Shown here: positions 38,911-48,482 of the stretch, piece after piece
Numbering within the stretch: position 1 is the stretch's first letter
Layout of the letters: each line of letters starts with the position of its first letter
NCBI GenBank assembly: GCA_024743405.1
Contig: JANSWP010000032.1
Coordinates: 1,831-65,830, forward strand
Length of the DNA stretch: 64,000 bases
Reading direction: 5' to 3'
Source: Bacteroidota bacterium
GTDB lineage: Bacteria > Bacteroidota > Bacteroidia > Chitinophagales > Saprospiraceae
Position numbers and translations under genes: made by a program
The notes under the pieces: generated by a model
What the model was told of the DNA's origin: nothing
The model's input: the letters and a program-made list of their open reading frames with translations, nothing else
Databases searched by the model: none

Positions 38911-39261
38911 CGTAAATTTATCCATTTATCACTTCCATAAAATATCTAAAGCCAATTATTAGAGAGGGCTTCTCCCAGCCAGGAAAGTCATCTTCTGCAT
39001 CAATCTGAATATAATACGCCGAACTCAACCAACTGCCTCCTTTAGTTTGACCTTTTTCGGCTATCTCTAGTTTTTCCATTTATCCATTTTTTTTTAGTGT
39101 ACTACAATTTTTTTTTAGGGAAAAGAAATGAGAATTTTAATACCGTGGTAAATAGAACGTAAAAGGTTAGTTTTTTCATAAAGCGCATTCAGTTTTTAGT
39201 TTGAAAATCAGGTTACACCTTTTGAAATGGCGCCTTATGTTTTCTTATTTGGTAACATAAG

Positions 39262-39293
39262 AAAATTAAAAGTGCCCTCCTTCAGGAGAGCAC
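39262..39293 (-). terminator. strong intrinsic terminator inside the ORF-free island
   Basis: The minus strand reads GTGCTCTCC-TGAA-GGAGGGCAC, a 9-bp GC-rich stem with one G.U pair. It is followed by TTTTAATTTT. Confidence 0.6.
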
Positions 39294-39302
39294 CAGCCTC
39301 TT

Positions 39303-39548
39303 ATTCTAATCGCCTTGGTCTACTGACTATTATAGCCTTTGCCATAATGTCAACAGTAGTACCTAAAGAGGGATTCTTCTAGTAAAATCACTTGCTTTGT
39401 TAATCGTTGTCTTCGGGAGGAGTTGAAGGGATTAATACATCCATATTCAGTAAAATGACTCCTATAAATAGGATGCCAAAAAGAAGTGCTTCATTCATGA
39501 GAAACAGATTTAGTAGTTGTGTTAATTTAATGTTTAGGCGATTAGAAT
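39303..39548. repeat. 13-bp perfect inverted repeat spaced 220 bp apart
   Basis: attctaatcgcct (39303-39315) pairs with aggcgattagaat (39536-39548). Confidence 0.65.
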
Positions 39549-41136
39549 CTTTATTGAATTGGAAGAAAAGACAATCTGATATTTGTGAAAGGCAATCATT
39601 TAGACTTTTTTAAATCAAAAGGTCACTTTTTACTAATTAGAATTTCCGAACAGAAAATTTCGTTCTCATTTGTAATCATTCCGAAAGGGAAACTCAAGCC
39701 CAATTATTACATCGACCACATGCGTGGAAGTAAAAAATGTGCCTAAATAAAAGACAAAAAGTCATATAAATTTTGATTTCATAAATTTATATTTGAGACC
39801 TCATTAGAGACCTTTAATTCTACTTTTGCTAATAAGTCGGTTTTTGTTAATTATGTGTGGAGAGGTGGTATTATTAAGATGCTTATTAGGTCTCTATTAA
39901 CTTAATAAAGATCTTGGATTTCTGAAAAAGATGGTAAGGGAATCAATACCTTGAAATTCCATCTTTCTTTCACTTTGCATTTCTTCTGATGGCATAGGGC
40001 TTTCTTTTCATTTACAAATATCTAGATTAGGGAAGGAAAATTATCTCAAATCTGATTTCTTTTGAGATACGCGTAAAAAAAGAACTCAAATATCTCAATA
40101 AGGAAAAACTAAATTTATATTACGTCTAATATAGGGAGATACATGTAATAGATTATTTATTTAATTAATAACCAGTTACTTAACGGTTGTAATCAGTAGT
40201 TGTCCCCATCGTTTCCGTTTTTTTTGAAATTATAATTTTTTAATTGACTATGAGTTGATTAAGTATTAATTTATTTTTTATTGTTTAATACTAAATTAGT
40301 GTAATTAGTTGAGTAATAAAATGGATGCATAACCCAACTGCGCCCATAACTAACATATTTATTAACCTCGATAATATCAAATTTCCTTCAAAAGAGTTTC
40401 AGACAATTTAATACATTTTAAATCTGATTTATCAAAAGGTATCTGTGATCAAAAAGAATATGTTCTATCACATGGTTATTGGGTGCATCTATAGTTATCA
40501 TCGTACGCTATTTTCACTTCAAAAAAATTCCAATTATGTTGATCTTAATAATGTAATTAATTCAATTCCAATGTTTGTTTTCATCGACTATTCTTAGGTT
40601 GGCATTTTTTGAGATCCATCTATAGTTCATCGTTTTCCAACAGGTTTTACTTTTATGTTGTGGTTGCCTTATGGTTCAGGATTTTTATCTCCATTTAGCA
40701 GATAATGTAAATTAGCAGCGGAAGGGTTTTTTCCAATCCACTGCCTGTTTCGAGCCACTACCACTGATACATAATATGATTTTAAATTATTCTTTTAAAA
40801 GTATGCGCTCAAGTTTGGCTAAACTCTCAACTCTTGCGAATATTGTTTTGAGTATTCCTTGAATGCACAGTATGATCGCACCTCTTTTTATTGTTATTGA
40901 GCTTGACAAACTATTTTATAAATCTCAGCGCATTTTGAACAGACTATTTTAATACATGTTTTAGTGATTTTTGTTTGTTTATTTTTTCTCAAATAAATGA
41001 CGAGACATTAACCGCTCTGTAAATCTTTTTTAAATTCATTATCTTCGCGTCTTATTTTTTAAGAATGAAGAAAAAAGAACTCGCCGAATAAAGCCAAATT
41101 GTTGATTTTCAATTCAATAGAAATAAAAATACATTC

Positions 41137-41715
41137 ATGATTAACTTGATATTATTTGGACCTCCAGGGTCAGGAAAAGGTACACAAGCTGCTGGATTAG
41201 TTGTAAAATATGATCTTTTGCATATTTCTACCGGTGATTTATTTAGGTATGAAATAGGAAATAATACTCCTCTTGGTCAAAAAGCTAAAAGCTATATGGA
41301 TAAGGGCGAATTAGTGCCTGATGAGGTGACGGTTGGAATGTTGAGAAATAAAGTGGAAGCAAACCCAAATGTAAAAGGATATATTTTAGATGGGTTTCCA
41401 CGGACGATACCGCAAAGTGAAGCTTTAGATGCGTTGATGAGTGATATGGGACAATCTATTTCAAAGTTGATAATGTTAGATGTACCAGATGAAGAATTAG
41501 TGCAAAGACTATTAAATAGAGGAAAAACTTCTGGACGTTCTGACGACATGGATGAGACTATCATTCGAAATAGAATCAATGTATATACAGAAAATACAAC
41601 GCCTGTTTTTGACTATTATGCAAAACAGGGAAAATCAGCGAAGGTATGGGGAATCGGTTCTTTAGACACTATTTTTGAACGATTGTGTCTTGAAGTTGAT
41701 TTTGTAAAAGGGTAA
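41137..41715 (+). CDS. adk: adenylate kinase
   Basis: MINLILFGPPGSGKGTQA P-loop, LID and NMP-binding regions. 192 aa (short-LID type). Confidence 0.95.
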   Translation: MINLILFGPPGSGKGTQAAGLVVKYDLLHISTGDLFRYEIGNNTPLGQKAKSYMDKGELVPDEVTVGMLRNKVEANPNVKGYILDGFPRTIPQSEALDALMSDMGQSISKLIMLDVPDEELVQRLLNRGKTSGRSDDMDETIIRNRINVYTENTTPVFDYYAKQGKSAKVWGIGSLDTIFERLCLEVDFVKG

Positions 41716-41739
41716 TAATTATTTTGGTTTTTTATACTA

Positions 41740-41774
41740 AAAATGTCATTGTATCTCGAATGCAATGACATTTT
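41740..41774 (+). terminator. intrinsic terminator after adk
   Basis: aaaatgtcattg / caatgacatttt is a 12-bp perfect stem followed by T residues. Confidence 0.7.
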
Positions 41775-41795
41775 TCATAGTAATATCTTTAAAAA

Positions 41796-42797
41796 ATGGC
41801 AGGAAAGAATTTTGTTGATTATGTGAAAATATGTTGCCGATCTGGACATGGAGGGGCAGGGTCTGTTCATTTTTTTAGAGATAATAAAACCGCAAAAGGT
41901 GGTCCTGATGGAGGTGATGGTGGTCGTGGGGGACATATTATTTTGAGAGGAAGTAAGAATCTTTGGACCTTACTTGCTTTAAAATATAGAAAACACGTCA
42001 TTGCTGGACATGGCGGATATGGAGCAGGAAATCATCGATTTGGGGCTGATGGAAAAGATGTTGTTTTGGAAGTACCTCTTGGGACGATTGTGAAAGATTT
42101 TGAAACAGGAGAAATCGATTGCGAAATCACAAAAGATGGGGAAGAGGTAATCATCGCACCTGGTGGAAGGGGTGGTTTGGGTAATTCTCATTTTAAAACG
42201 GCAACTCGACAAACACCAAGATTTGCTCAACCAGGGGAAGAAGGACAAGAAAAGTGGAAAATTTTGGAACTGAAAGTCCTTGCTGATGTAGGGTTGGTGG
42301 GCTTCCCAAATGCCGGAAAATCGACTTTGCTTTCTGTCATGTCAGCTGCTAAGCCAAAAATTGCAGATTATGCCTTTACGACTTTAATTCCCAATTTAGG
42401 GATTGTTCAATATAGAGATATGCGCTCTTTTGTGATGGCTGATATTCCTGGAATTATTGAAAAGGCACATGAAGGTAAAGGACTTGGGCACCGATTTTTG
42501 AAGCATATTGAAAGAAATGCGACCCTCCTTTTTATGATTCCCTGCGATACAGAAAGTATTCAAAAAGAGTATCAGATTTTGTTGAATGAGCTCAAAATGT
42601 TCAACGAAGAATTGCTCGACAAACCTCGTGTCCTTGCAATCACAAAAAGCGACTTGGTAGATGAAGAATTAAAGGAACTATTAAGACCTGAATTACCAGC
42701 AGATATTCCGCATATTTTTATCTCTTCGGTGGCTAATATTGGAATTCAGGAACTTAAGGATTTGCTTTGGAAGGTAATGAATGAAGAGCCGTTTTAA
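41796..42797 (+). CDS. obg: GTPase Obg/CgtA
   Basis: The Obg fold is glycine-rich ([12 protein letters not shown]). The G domain has [15 protein letters not shown] and TKSD. Confidence 0.95.
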   Translation: MAGKNFVDYVKICCRSGHGGAGSVHFFRDNKTAKGGPDGGDGGRGGHIILRGSKNLWTLLALKYRKHVIAGHGGYGAGNHRFGADGKDVVLEVPLGTIVKDFETGEIDCEITKDGEEVIIAPGGRGGLGNSHFKTATRQTPRFAQPGEEGQEKWKILELKVLADVGLVGFPNAGKSTLLSVMSAAKPKIADYAFTTLIPNLGIVQYRDMRSFVMADIPGIIEKAHEGKGLGHRFLKHIERNATLLFMIPCDTESIQKEYQILLNELKMFNEELLDKPRVLAITKSDLVDEELKELLRPELPADIPHIFISSVANIGIQELKDLLWKVMNEEPF

Positions 42798-42824
42798 AAA
42801 CTTATTTCAATCGGCTCTTCATTC
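42779..42824. terminator. bidirectional hairpin overlapping the obg stop
   Basis: gaatgaagagccg / cggctcttcattc is a 13-bp perfect stem with a 20-nt loop, between convergent genes. Confidence 0.65.
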
Positions 42825-42831
42825 AAAAAAA

Positions 42832-43503
42832 TTAGGCAGCTTCAGTGATTGCTTCATTAAAGAAGTTACAAAAAGTCTGCATATGACCAAAAATAAATTC
42901 GGTATATTCTAGGAAATACCTCGTCTTAATTTGCCTATTGGAAATTAGGTGTTCAATTTGAAAAGTTTGGTAACGAAGCAAATCCATATTTGGGTGATTT
43001 GAATTAAAACCAGCTGGTACAGTATCCAATTTGGAACCTTTAATTTTCATGAAATATCGTTTAAAGGCAGGCGTTTTTAGAAAAAACTGTAGTTGTTCAG
43101 GTTCCTGAGCTATTTTTTTTCGTATTAAATTTAAAGATTTCAAATCTAAACTATTAAATCCAGCAATAAATTTGGAACCAACAGTTGGATCTATTCGGAT
43201 CGTAAATGAAGCTAATTGAGTTGGTTTTTTTTGTGGCGTGATGTTCGCTTCCAAATAGGTTTTGTAGGTTTTTTTTCCCTCTACTTTAGAGGTTTCTTTA
43301 TCCAATTCAGAAACGATATCATTGGCAGAAACATCATCTAAGTTCCAATCTTTGGCAATTATTGAGAGCAATTTTTCAATGAAAAACTTAAAATCTGCTC
43401 TTGCTTCCTCATAACGGTTTCGGTTTTGCTCAAACCAGATTGGATTATTATTTTCGGCTAGGTCTCTTAAAAAATCAATAGTTGAGTTGGAAATCGAATT
43501 CAT
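42832..43503 (-). CDS. DUF2461 (TIGR02453)-like protein
   Basis: I chose the ATG at 43503. The N-terminus IDFLRDLAENNNPIWFEQNRNRYEEA resembles the family signature. Confidence 0.65.
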   Translation of the reverse strand: MNSISNSTIDFLRDLAENNNPIWFEQNRNRYEEARADFKFFIEKLLSIIAKDWNLDDVSANDIVSELDKETSKVEGKKTYKTYLEANITPQKKPTQLASFTIRIDPTVGSKFIAGFNSLDLKSLNLIRKKIAQEPEQLQFFLKTPAFKRYFMKIKGSKLDTVPAGFNSNHPNMDLLRYQTFQIEHLISNRQIKTRYFLEYTEFIFGHMQTFCNFFNEAITEAA

Positions 43504-43596
43504 TATATTGTTATTTTTTTTTGTTAGGCTTTTATAACAATACAGGAAGGAATAGTTCAAAGAGAGAGTGACTATTTCGCGTGTTGGTATCTCTTC

Positions 43597-44343
43597 TTAA
43601 CTTGATTTTTGCACAAATAAAACAACTTCTCCTTCTCGAAAACCAAATATTTGATCTTCTTCTGATGAACGAAATTTCTTTGTGTCAACGTTGAAGTTCG
43701 TTTGTTTGAGTCTGTTTTTCAATCCTTCAATCGAATATATTCTAACATGGTCTTCTTGTCCAAAATACTTCAATCGACCTTCTTTTGATTGAATGGAAAA
43801 ATCCTCATAAATATCTCCTTCCTTAAAGGGCGTTTGTATGATGGCGATACCTTTTGGTTTCAAAATTCGAAAAAGTTCTGCCATCGCTTGCCGGTCCTTT
43901 TCTATATGCTCCAGAACATGATAACAAATAATGAAATCGAAAGTATTATTCATTTCATCAATTTGGGTGATGTCATATCGCTTATCTGCGAGGAATTCAT
44001 CCTCAAAGTCAGAACTCACATATTTGATTCCAGGATAGTTTTTTAATTTTCGATACAAAGGACGAGAGGGTGAAAAATGAAGAATACGACCTTTTATTTG
44101 TAATTGGGTATTTAAAATTTTCCAAAGCAAACGATTTCGGGAAAGACTGCCACAAAAAGGGCAAAGTTTGTCTTGATTTGGCAAGAGAATAAATTTGGAA
44201 AAGAGATGTTCACAGATATTGCATTGGCAATTTGTTCCGCGAAAAAAGAAATGTGCGTAAACTTTTCTAAAAAAAGGCTCAAGTTTCTCCAAAAGACGTT
44301 TTGGAAAAAGCAATTTAACCAACTTTTTTAGAGAATTATACAT
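43597..44343 (-). CDS. class I SAM-dependent methyltransferase with N-terminal Cys4 ribbon
   Basis: CQCNIC...CPFCG is followed by a methyltransferase fold (FDFIICYHVLEHI, LKPKGIAIIQTP). Confidence 0.7.
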   Translation of the reverse strand: MYNSLKKLVKLLFPKRLLEKLEPFFRKVYAHFFFRGTNCQCNICEHLFSKFILLPNQDKLCPFCGSLSRNRLLWKILNTQLQIKGRILHFSPSRPLYRKLKNYPGIKYVSSDFEDEFLADKRYDITQIDEMNNTFDFIICYHVLEHIEKDRQAMAELFRILKPKGIAIIQTPFKEGDIYEDFSIQSKEGRLKYFGQEDHVRIYSIEGLKNRLKQTNFNVDTKKFRSSEEDQIFGFREGEVVLFVQKSS

Positions 44344-44485
44344 TAGAAATTAGTTTAAACTTGGAATAATAAAGCACACAAAAGTAATTTTTGAGGTTTA
44401 GAAAGTGATAAAGTTGACGGAAATTTAATTTTCGAATTAGTAATTCTAATTTCGTCGCGGTTAACCAAACTGAAATTTTTAATTC

Positions 44486-45061
44486 ATGAAAATCGGACTC
44501 TTTTTTGGCTCCTTTAATCCCATCCATATTGGGCATATGATTATTGCAAATTATATGGCAACACAAACAGATTTGAAGCAAGTGTGGTTGGTCGTTTCTC
44601 CTCAAAACCCACTGAAAAAAAAGAACTCTTTAGCGCGTGATTATGACCGATTGCATTTGGTTCGATTGGCGATTGGTGACAACCTGAACTTGAAAGCTTC
44701 CAATATTGAATTTGACTTACCTAAACCTTCTTATACTATCGATACGCTCACTTATTTGAAAGAAAAGCATCCTGCACATGAGTTTGTCTTGATAATGGGC
44801 GGTGATAATTTGGGTACTTTACACAAATGGAAGAACTACGAATTAATTCTGGAAAACTTTGAAGTTTATGTTTACAAACGACCTAAATATGAATTAGGAA
44901 CATTTGAAGATCATGAAAGTGTGAAAATGTTTGATGCGCCTTTAATGGAAATTTCAGCAAGCTATATTCGGCGTTGTATTCGGGAAGGGTTGAGTGTTCA
45001 GTACTTAGTCTCTGAGGCAGTTTTTGAATATTTGGAAGCAAGTAGTTTATATCGAAAGTAG
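44486..45061 (+). CDS. nadD: nicotinate-nucleotide adenylyltransferase
   Basis: GLFFGSFNPIHIGHMIIA (HxGH motif). The ISASYIR motif is near the C-terminus. Confidence 0.9.
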   Translation: MKIGLFFGSFNPIHIGHMIIANYMATQTDLKQVWLVVSPQNPLKKKNSLARDYDRLHLVRLAIGDNLNLKASNIEFDLPKPSYTIDTLTYLKEKHPAHEFVLIMGGDNLGTLHKWKNYELILENFEVYVYKRPKYELGTFEDHESVKMFDAPLMEISASYIRRCIREGLSVQYLVSEAVFEYLEASSLYRK

Positions 45062-45095
45062 AATTATCTTTTTTGAAACGAAAAAATCACTAACC

Positions 45096-45455
45096 ATGAA
45101 TGCAATCAATTACAGTCTCCTATTAATGGCTGGATTTTATTTCTATGCGGGCTATTCTCATTTCAAAAAGCCAAAATTCTTTTATCGTATTACGCCTCCA
45201 TTACTCAAACAATGGGAAAAAGAAATCAATATAATAGTAGGTGTTGCAGAGATTGTGGGAGCGATTGGCTTGCTTATTCCTTCTTTACAGACTTGGGCAG
45301 CTTGGGGGATTATACTGCTTTTATTAGCTGTTTTTCCCGCAAATATTTACCATTTAATGTCGAAAGGAGCTGGAATGAAAATTCCCCTGTGGTTTCTTTG
45401 GTTAAGAATTCCTTTACAAGGTGTATTGATCTGGTGGGCGTATTCATTTACCTAA
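45096..45455 (+). CDS. DoxX-like small membrane protein
   Basis: I chose the ATG at 45096. 119 aa with four predicted TM helices and a DoxX-like pattern (AGYSHFKKP...VGVAEIVGAIGLL). Confidence 0.5.
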   Translation: MNAINYSLLLMAGFYFYAGYSHFKKPKFFYRITPPLLKQWEKEINIIVGVAEIVGAIGLLIPSLQTWAAWGIILLLLAVFPANIYHLMSKGAGMKIPLWFLWLRIPLQGVLIWWAYSFT

Positions 45456-45514
45456 GGGAGTAGGAAAAAATAACCTACCCCAATTTTAGGCAGTTAATTT
45501 ATTCCCTACTCCCT
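45455..45514. terminator. bidirectional hairpin between convergent genes
   Basis: agggagtagg / cctactccct is a 10-bp perfect stem with a 40-nt loop. Confidence 0.45.
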
Positions 45515-47822
45515 AATTCATTACGTAAGCTTTAAAGTATTTACACTCTTGGATTGCCTGTGCATAAAATTTGGTATCTGCATAGTCTTCTTTCAATCGT
45601 TGAAAATTAGACAAATACATTTCTGGTAATTGGGGCATGCAGCTGTCACAAGTAGACCGATATTGATCACTCATAAAATACATTTTTTGTTCACACCGAG
45701 CTGCTTGAAAAGTTGCTCGTGCGCCTATTTCTGAACCTGCAGGAGCTGCTTGTCTTGCTTTTTCGAAATAATACAAGGCTCTACTCACATCCAAATTTTC
45801 GACATTTCCAAAAGGGAATCCATATGTTTCAAAAACATTGTCCTTTTCTTTGAAAAGTCGAGACCAACTTGACCCGCTTCTATAATAATCCATGGCTTGC
45901 CAAGAGTGGCCGAAATAACTCATATTATACAGTCCCAATCCAATTCGATAGTAATGACGAGCACTTTCGGATAATCGACCACGGGCTTTTGATTCTAAAT
46001 CAAGCAATTCTTCTAATAATTCTCCTCGGTTATACATCTCAATTGTGTCGCGTCGATAAAGACAATGGACACAGTCTTTTATAGTTTCACGAAAAGGCAT
46101 AAAAACGCCAAAATCGTCCCAAACCTCTCTTGATATACCTCTATAAGCTTGCAGTGCTGCTTCCCATTGATATTCTCGCATTAGGTTTAATGCTTTCATA
46201 TCTAAGAGTGCATTTGTGATTGGGACGCCCTTATTATCTTGCATTAGTAAGCGCTCAAAAGCCGTTGTAATACTATCCGATTGATTTGTCAAGAGAAGAT
46301 CTCTAATAATTTCTTCTTTAGGATTGGGTTTTAGGTCTGATATCGGATACTCACATAAAAAAGCCTTACCCGGATGGCCTGAATCTTTATATAATTTGCT
46401 TAATTTATCCCGCATGTAATCTGGGAAATCCTTATATTTTTTATAGACTTCATTATCTTTCAAAATTTGGTAAATCTCTGTTTCGATTTGCTCATTTACT
46501 TTATCAAATGAGCCAATTTTCATTGCGGTTTCGAAGGCTAAAATTTGTTCTTTTAAGGCCTCATCTTCTACTTTAGGGAGGATTTCTTCAAAAGTCATTT
46601 TTGCTTCATAATTATTACCTGCCAAAAATTGTAAATATCCCTCAGCGATACGCCACAGAATAGGACGAGCTACTTTATTTTCATCTGCGCATTTTTTAGT
46701 AAAAGCTTGTAATCGAATTATATGATCTCCAACATAGGGCTCAGGAATACCAAATCGCCGTTGGTTTTGTTGCTTTTTATCATTGAACTCTAAACCTAAA
46801 AGGTTCTTTTCCATTTTCAGGATTTCCTTAACGAGTAAAACTTCCAAATGGTGGCTTTGAGCTTCAAACTCATAGATTTTTTCCATCTCTTCGATGGCTT
46901 TACTTTGTGCGGCGTTTGCTCGAAGAGCGTGGAGTGTCGCTCTTTCATGGTCGCTTTCACACAATTTTTCACACTCTGCCCATTCCTGGTCTGTCCGAAT
47001 GAAAAAACTTCGATAAGCGGATTCTCGCCGGCTTGGACAATTTTCAAAAATGAGAGAAAATAAATAAGAAGCTTCTATGTTTTGACCCAATCGCATCATC
47101 GCTCCAGCCTTGTGCCCGAGAATCCACCACTTCAAAAAACTCTCTTCCATTCGACTTACCTCCTTATCTACTTTTGGTAGCAAAATATCATTCAATTTTA
47201 TAGTCAATTCATAGTCTTTGGCATAATGTGCTAATCTAACCAACTGGAAAGTATATCTTAATTTTATATAAGGAGAGGCGGTCTTTTTAAATTCTTTTCG
47301 CCCCTCATCAATCAAATCATACATCGCTTCGACATCGCGTTCGGCTCCACTCCAGCGGTCGAGTTTGCCAACATGGGGCTCACATTTTTTAGCAAAAATC
47401 AGATAATCAATCGTTTCAACACATTTTTGATTTTTGGCATATTCTGCGAAAGAATTCCCTTTTAAAAGATAAGGGATGGGCAAGTTTTTACTTTTAGTTG
47501 CAGTACTCAATAATTCTAAATCTTCAATCGAAGCTTGATAAATGATATACTCCAAATCTTTTTTTTCCACCAATCCACAAAATCGATCTTGCCACTCGGC
47601 AAGATTGACATTTACTTTTAAAACCTTTTCTGGTTGATAGAATTCATAGAGTTTTCGGAAGGTCAAGAAATAAGGAGCGGCCTTGTCTCCCTGATTTAAA
47701 ATGTTAGGATTGACAAACGAATAGCCTGAAAAACTAAGATCATAGGGACCACAGGCTTCAGAGATTTTGAAGGGCAAAATCCAAAGAAAGAGGAGAAAAA
47801 ATATTCGGACGGAGATTTTCAT
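45513..47822 (-). CDS. large secreted hypothetical protein (769 aa from the ATG at 47822)
   Basis: Signal peptide MKISVRIFFLLFLWILPFKISEAC. The protein is long, helical-looking and Cys-containing. I recognise no family. It is divergent from the second BlaI gene. Confidence 0.6.
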   Translation of the reverse strand: MKISVRIFFLLFLWILPFKISEACGPYDLSFSGYSFVNPNILNQGDKAAPYFLTFRKLYEFYQPEKVLKVNVNLAEWQDRFCGLVEKKDLEYIIYQASIEDLELLSTATKSKNLPIPYLLKGNSFAEYAKNQKCVETIDYLIFAKKCEPHVGKLDRWSGAERDVEAMYDLIDEGRKEFKKTASPYIKLRYTFQLVRLAHYAKDYELTIKLNDILLPKVDKEVSRMEESFLKWWILGHKAGAMMRLGQNIEASYLFSLIFENCPSRRESAYRSFFIRTDQEWAECEKLCESDHERATLHALRANAAQSKAIEEMEKIYEFEAQSHHLEVLLVKEILKMEKNLLGLEFNDKKQQNQRRFGIPEPYVGDHIIRLQAFTKKCADENKVARPILWRIAEGYLQFLAGNNYEAKMTFEEILPKVEDEALKEQILAFETAMKIGSFDKVNEQIETEIYQILKDNEVYKKYKDFPDYMRDKLSKLYKDSGHPGKAFLCEYPISDLKPNPKEEIIRDLLLTNQSDSITTAFERLLMQDNKGVPITNALLDMKALNLMREYQWEAALQAYRGISREVWDDFGVFMPFRETIKDCVHCLYRRDTIEMYNRGELLEELLDLESKARGRLSESARHYYRIGLGLYNMSYFGHSWQAMDYYRSGSSWSRLFKEKDNVFETYGFPFGNVENLDVSRALYYFEKARQAAPAGSEIGARATFQAARCEQKMYFMSDQYRSTCDSCMPQLPEMYLSNFQRLKEDYADTKFYAQAIQECKYFKAYVMN

Positions 47823-47887
47823 GTTTTTGAATTTGAACACCTCAATATTCGGAAAACTTTGTGAAAAAATATAATCAGACAATATTG

Positions 47888-47961
47888 TACGATAAAAATC
47901 GTACTAAAATTTGGATAATACGATGGATGTCGTATATATTTGTTCTACGATAGAAATCGTA
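47888..47961 (+). promoter_or_regulatory. control region of module 2: three dyad operators interleaved with -33/-7 elements
   Basis: The dyads are TACGAT-N4-ATCGTA at 47888-47903 and 47946-47961 (both perfect) and at 47919-47934 (1 mismatch). The -33 TTTG is at 47910-47913 and the -7 TATATTTG is at 47935-47942, with 21 nt between them. Confidence 0.7.
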
Positions 47962-48047
47962 GTAAGAAATCACCTTATTTAATGGGTCGTTTGACAGTTG
48001 AAATTTTTCAGAAATGTTAAATGTGAAACGATCTTTTTTGAAGTTAT

Positions 48048-48419
48048 ATGATGAAAAAACCGACAGAAGCAGAACTAGAGGTTCTCCAAACTCTTTGGGA
48101 GTATGGACCGGCAAGTGTTCGGCTGGTTAATGAAGTATTGAGTGAAAATCGAGTAGTCGTTTATACAACTACTTTGAAAATCATGCAAAACATGACAGAA
48201 AAGGGCTTACTTAAAAGGGATACTTCTAAACGCACCCACATTTATGAAGCAGCTGTTAGCCGGGAAATGATTCAGGAAAAATTCTTTGATCGTTTTTTGG
48301 ATAATGTGTTTGGGGGCTCACCATTAAAGTTAGTCATGCATACTTTGGGGCATGATAAAACGAGTGCAAATGATTTAGAGGAGATTAAAAAGCTTATCTC
48401 TGAATTGGAAAAAAAATAA
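48048..48419 (+). CDS. BlaI/MecI/CopY-family repressor (module 2)
   Basis: 123 aa. ELEVLQTLWEYGPASVRLV...YTTTLKIMQNMTEKGLLKR..RTHIYE. Confidence 0.9.
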   Translation: MMKKPTEAELEVLQTLWEYGPASVRLVNEVLSENRVVVYTTTLKIMQNMTEKGLLKRDTSKRTHIYEAAVSREMIQEKFFDRFLDNVFGGSPLKLVMHTLGHDKTSANDLEEIKKLISELEKK

Positions 48420-48482
48420 AATTTACGGTGAACGGACAACGTTTAACGGTGGACGGTTCAGCACAAAAAAAACACCACTAAC

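Noticed and set aside
38970-38985. RNase P RNA, suggested by the string aggaaagtc
   Set aside because: Only this 9-mer resembles the conserved GGAAAGUCC. The other universally conserved RNase P regions are absent, and the string lies inside the 53-aa ORF.
39407-39613. 68-aa plus-strand ORF, the only ORF-track entry in the island
   Set aside because: It starts at a non-ATG codon and has an R/S/N-rich junk-like composition and no promoter box. It runs antisense across the better-supported minus-strand unit.
38911-41136. Replication origin (oriC) as the explanation for the AT-rich island
   Set aside because: Only weak DnaA-box look-alikes are present: TTATCCATT at 38918-38926 and 39080-39088, and CAATCCACT near 40732-40740. 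There is no cluster of TTATNCACA boxes. No dnaA or dnaN gene is nearby.
44336-44605. 89-aa minus-strand ORF
   Set aside because: It overlaps the nadD start and promoter region on the opposite strand. It has no family resemblance, and its Cys/His-rich sequence comes from antisense reading.
47875-48114. 79-aa minus-strand ORF and the TTG-start extension of the 789-aa ORF
   Set aside because: Both cover the operator/promoter region of the second blaI gene. The ATG at 47822, which is followed by a signal peptide, is the better start.
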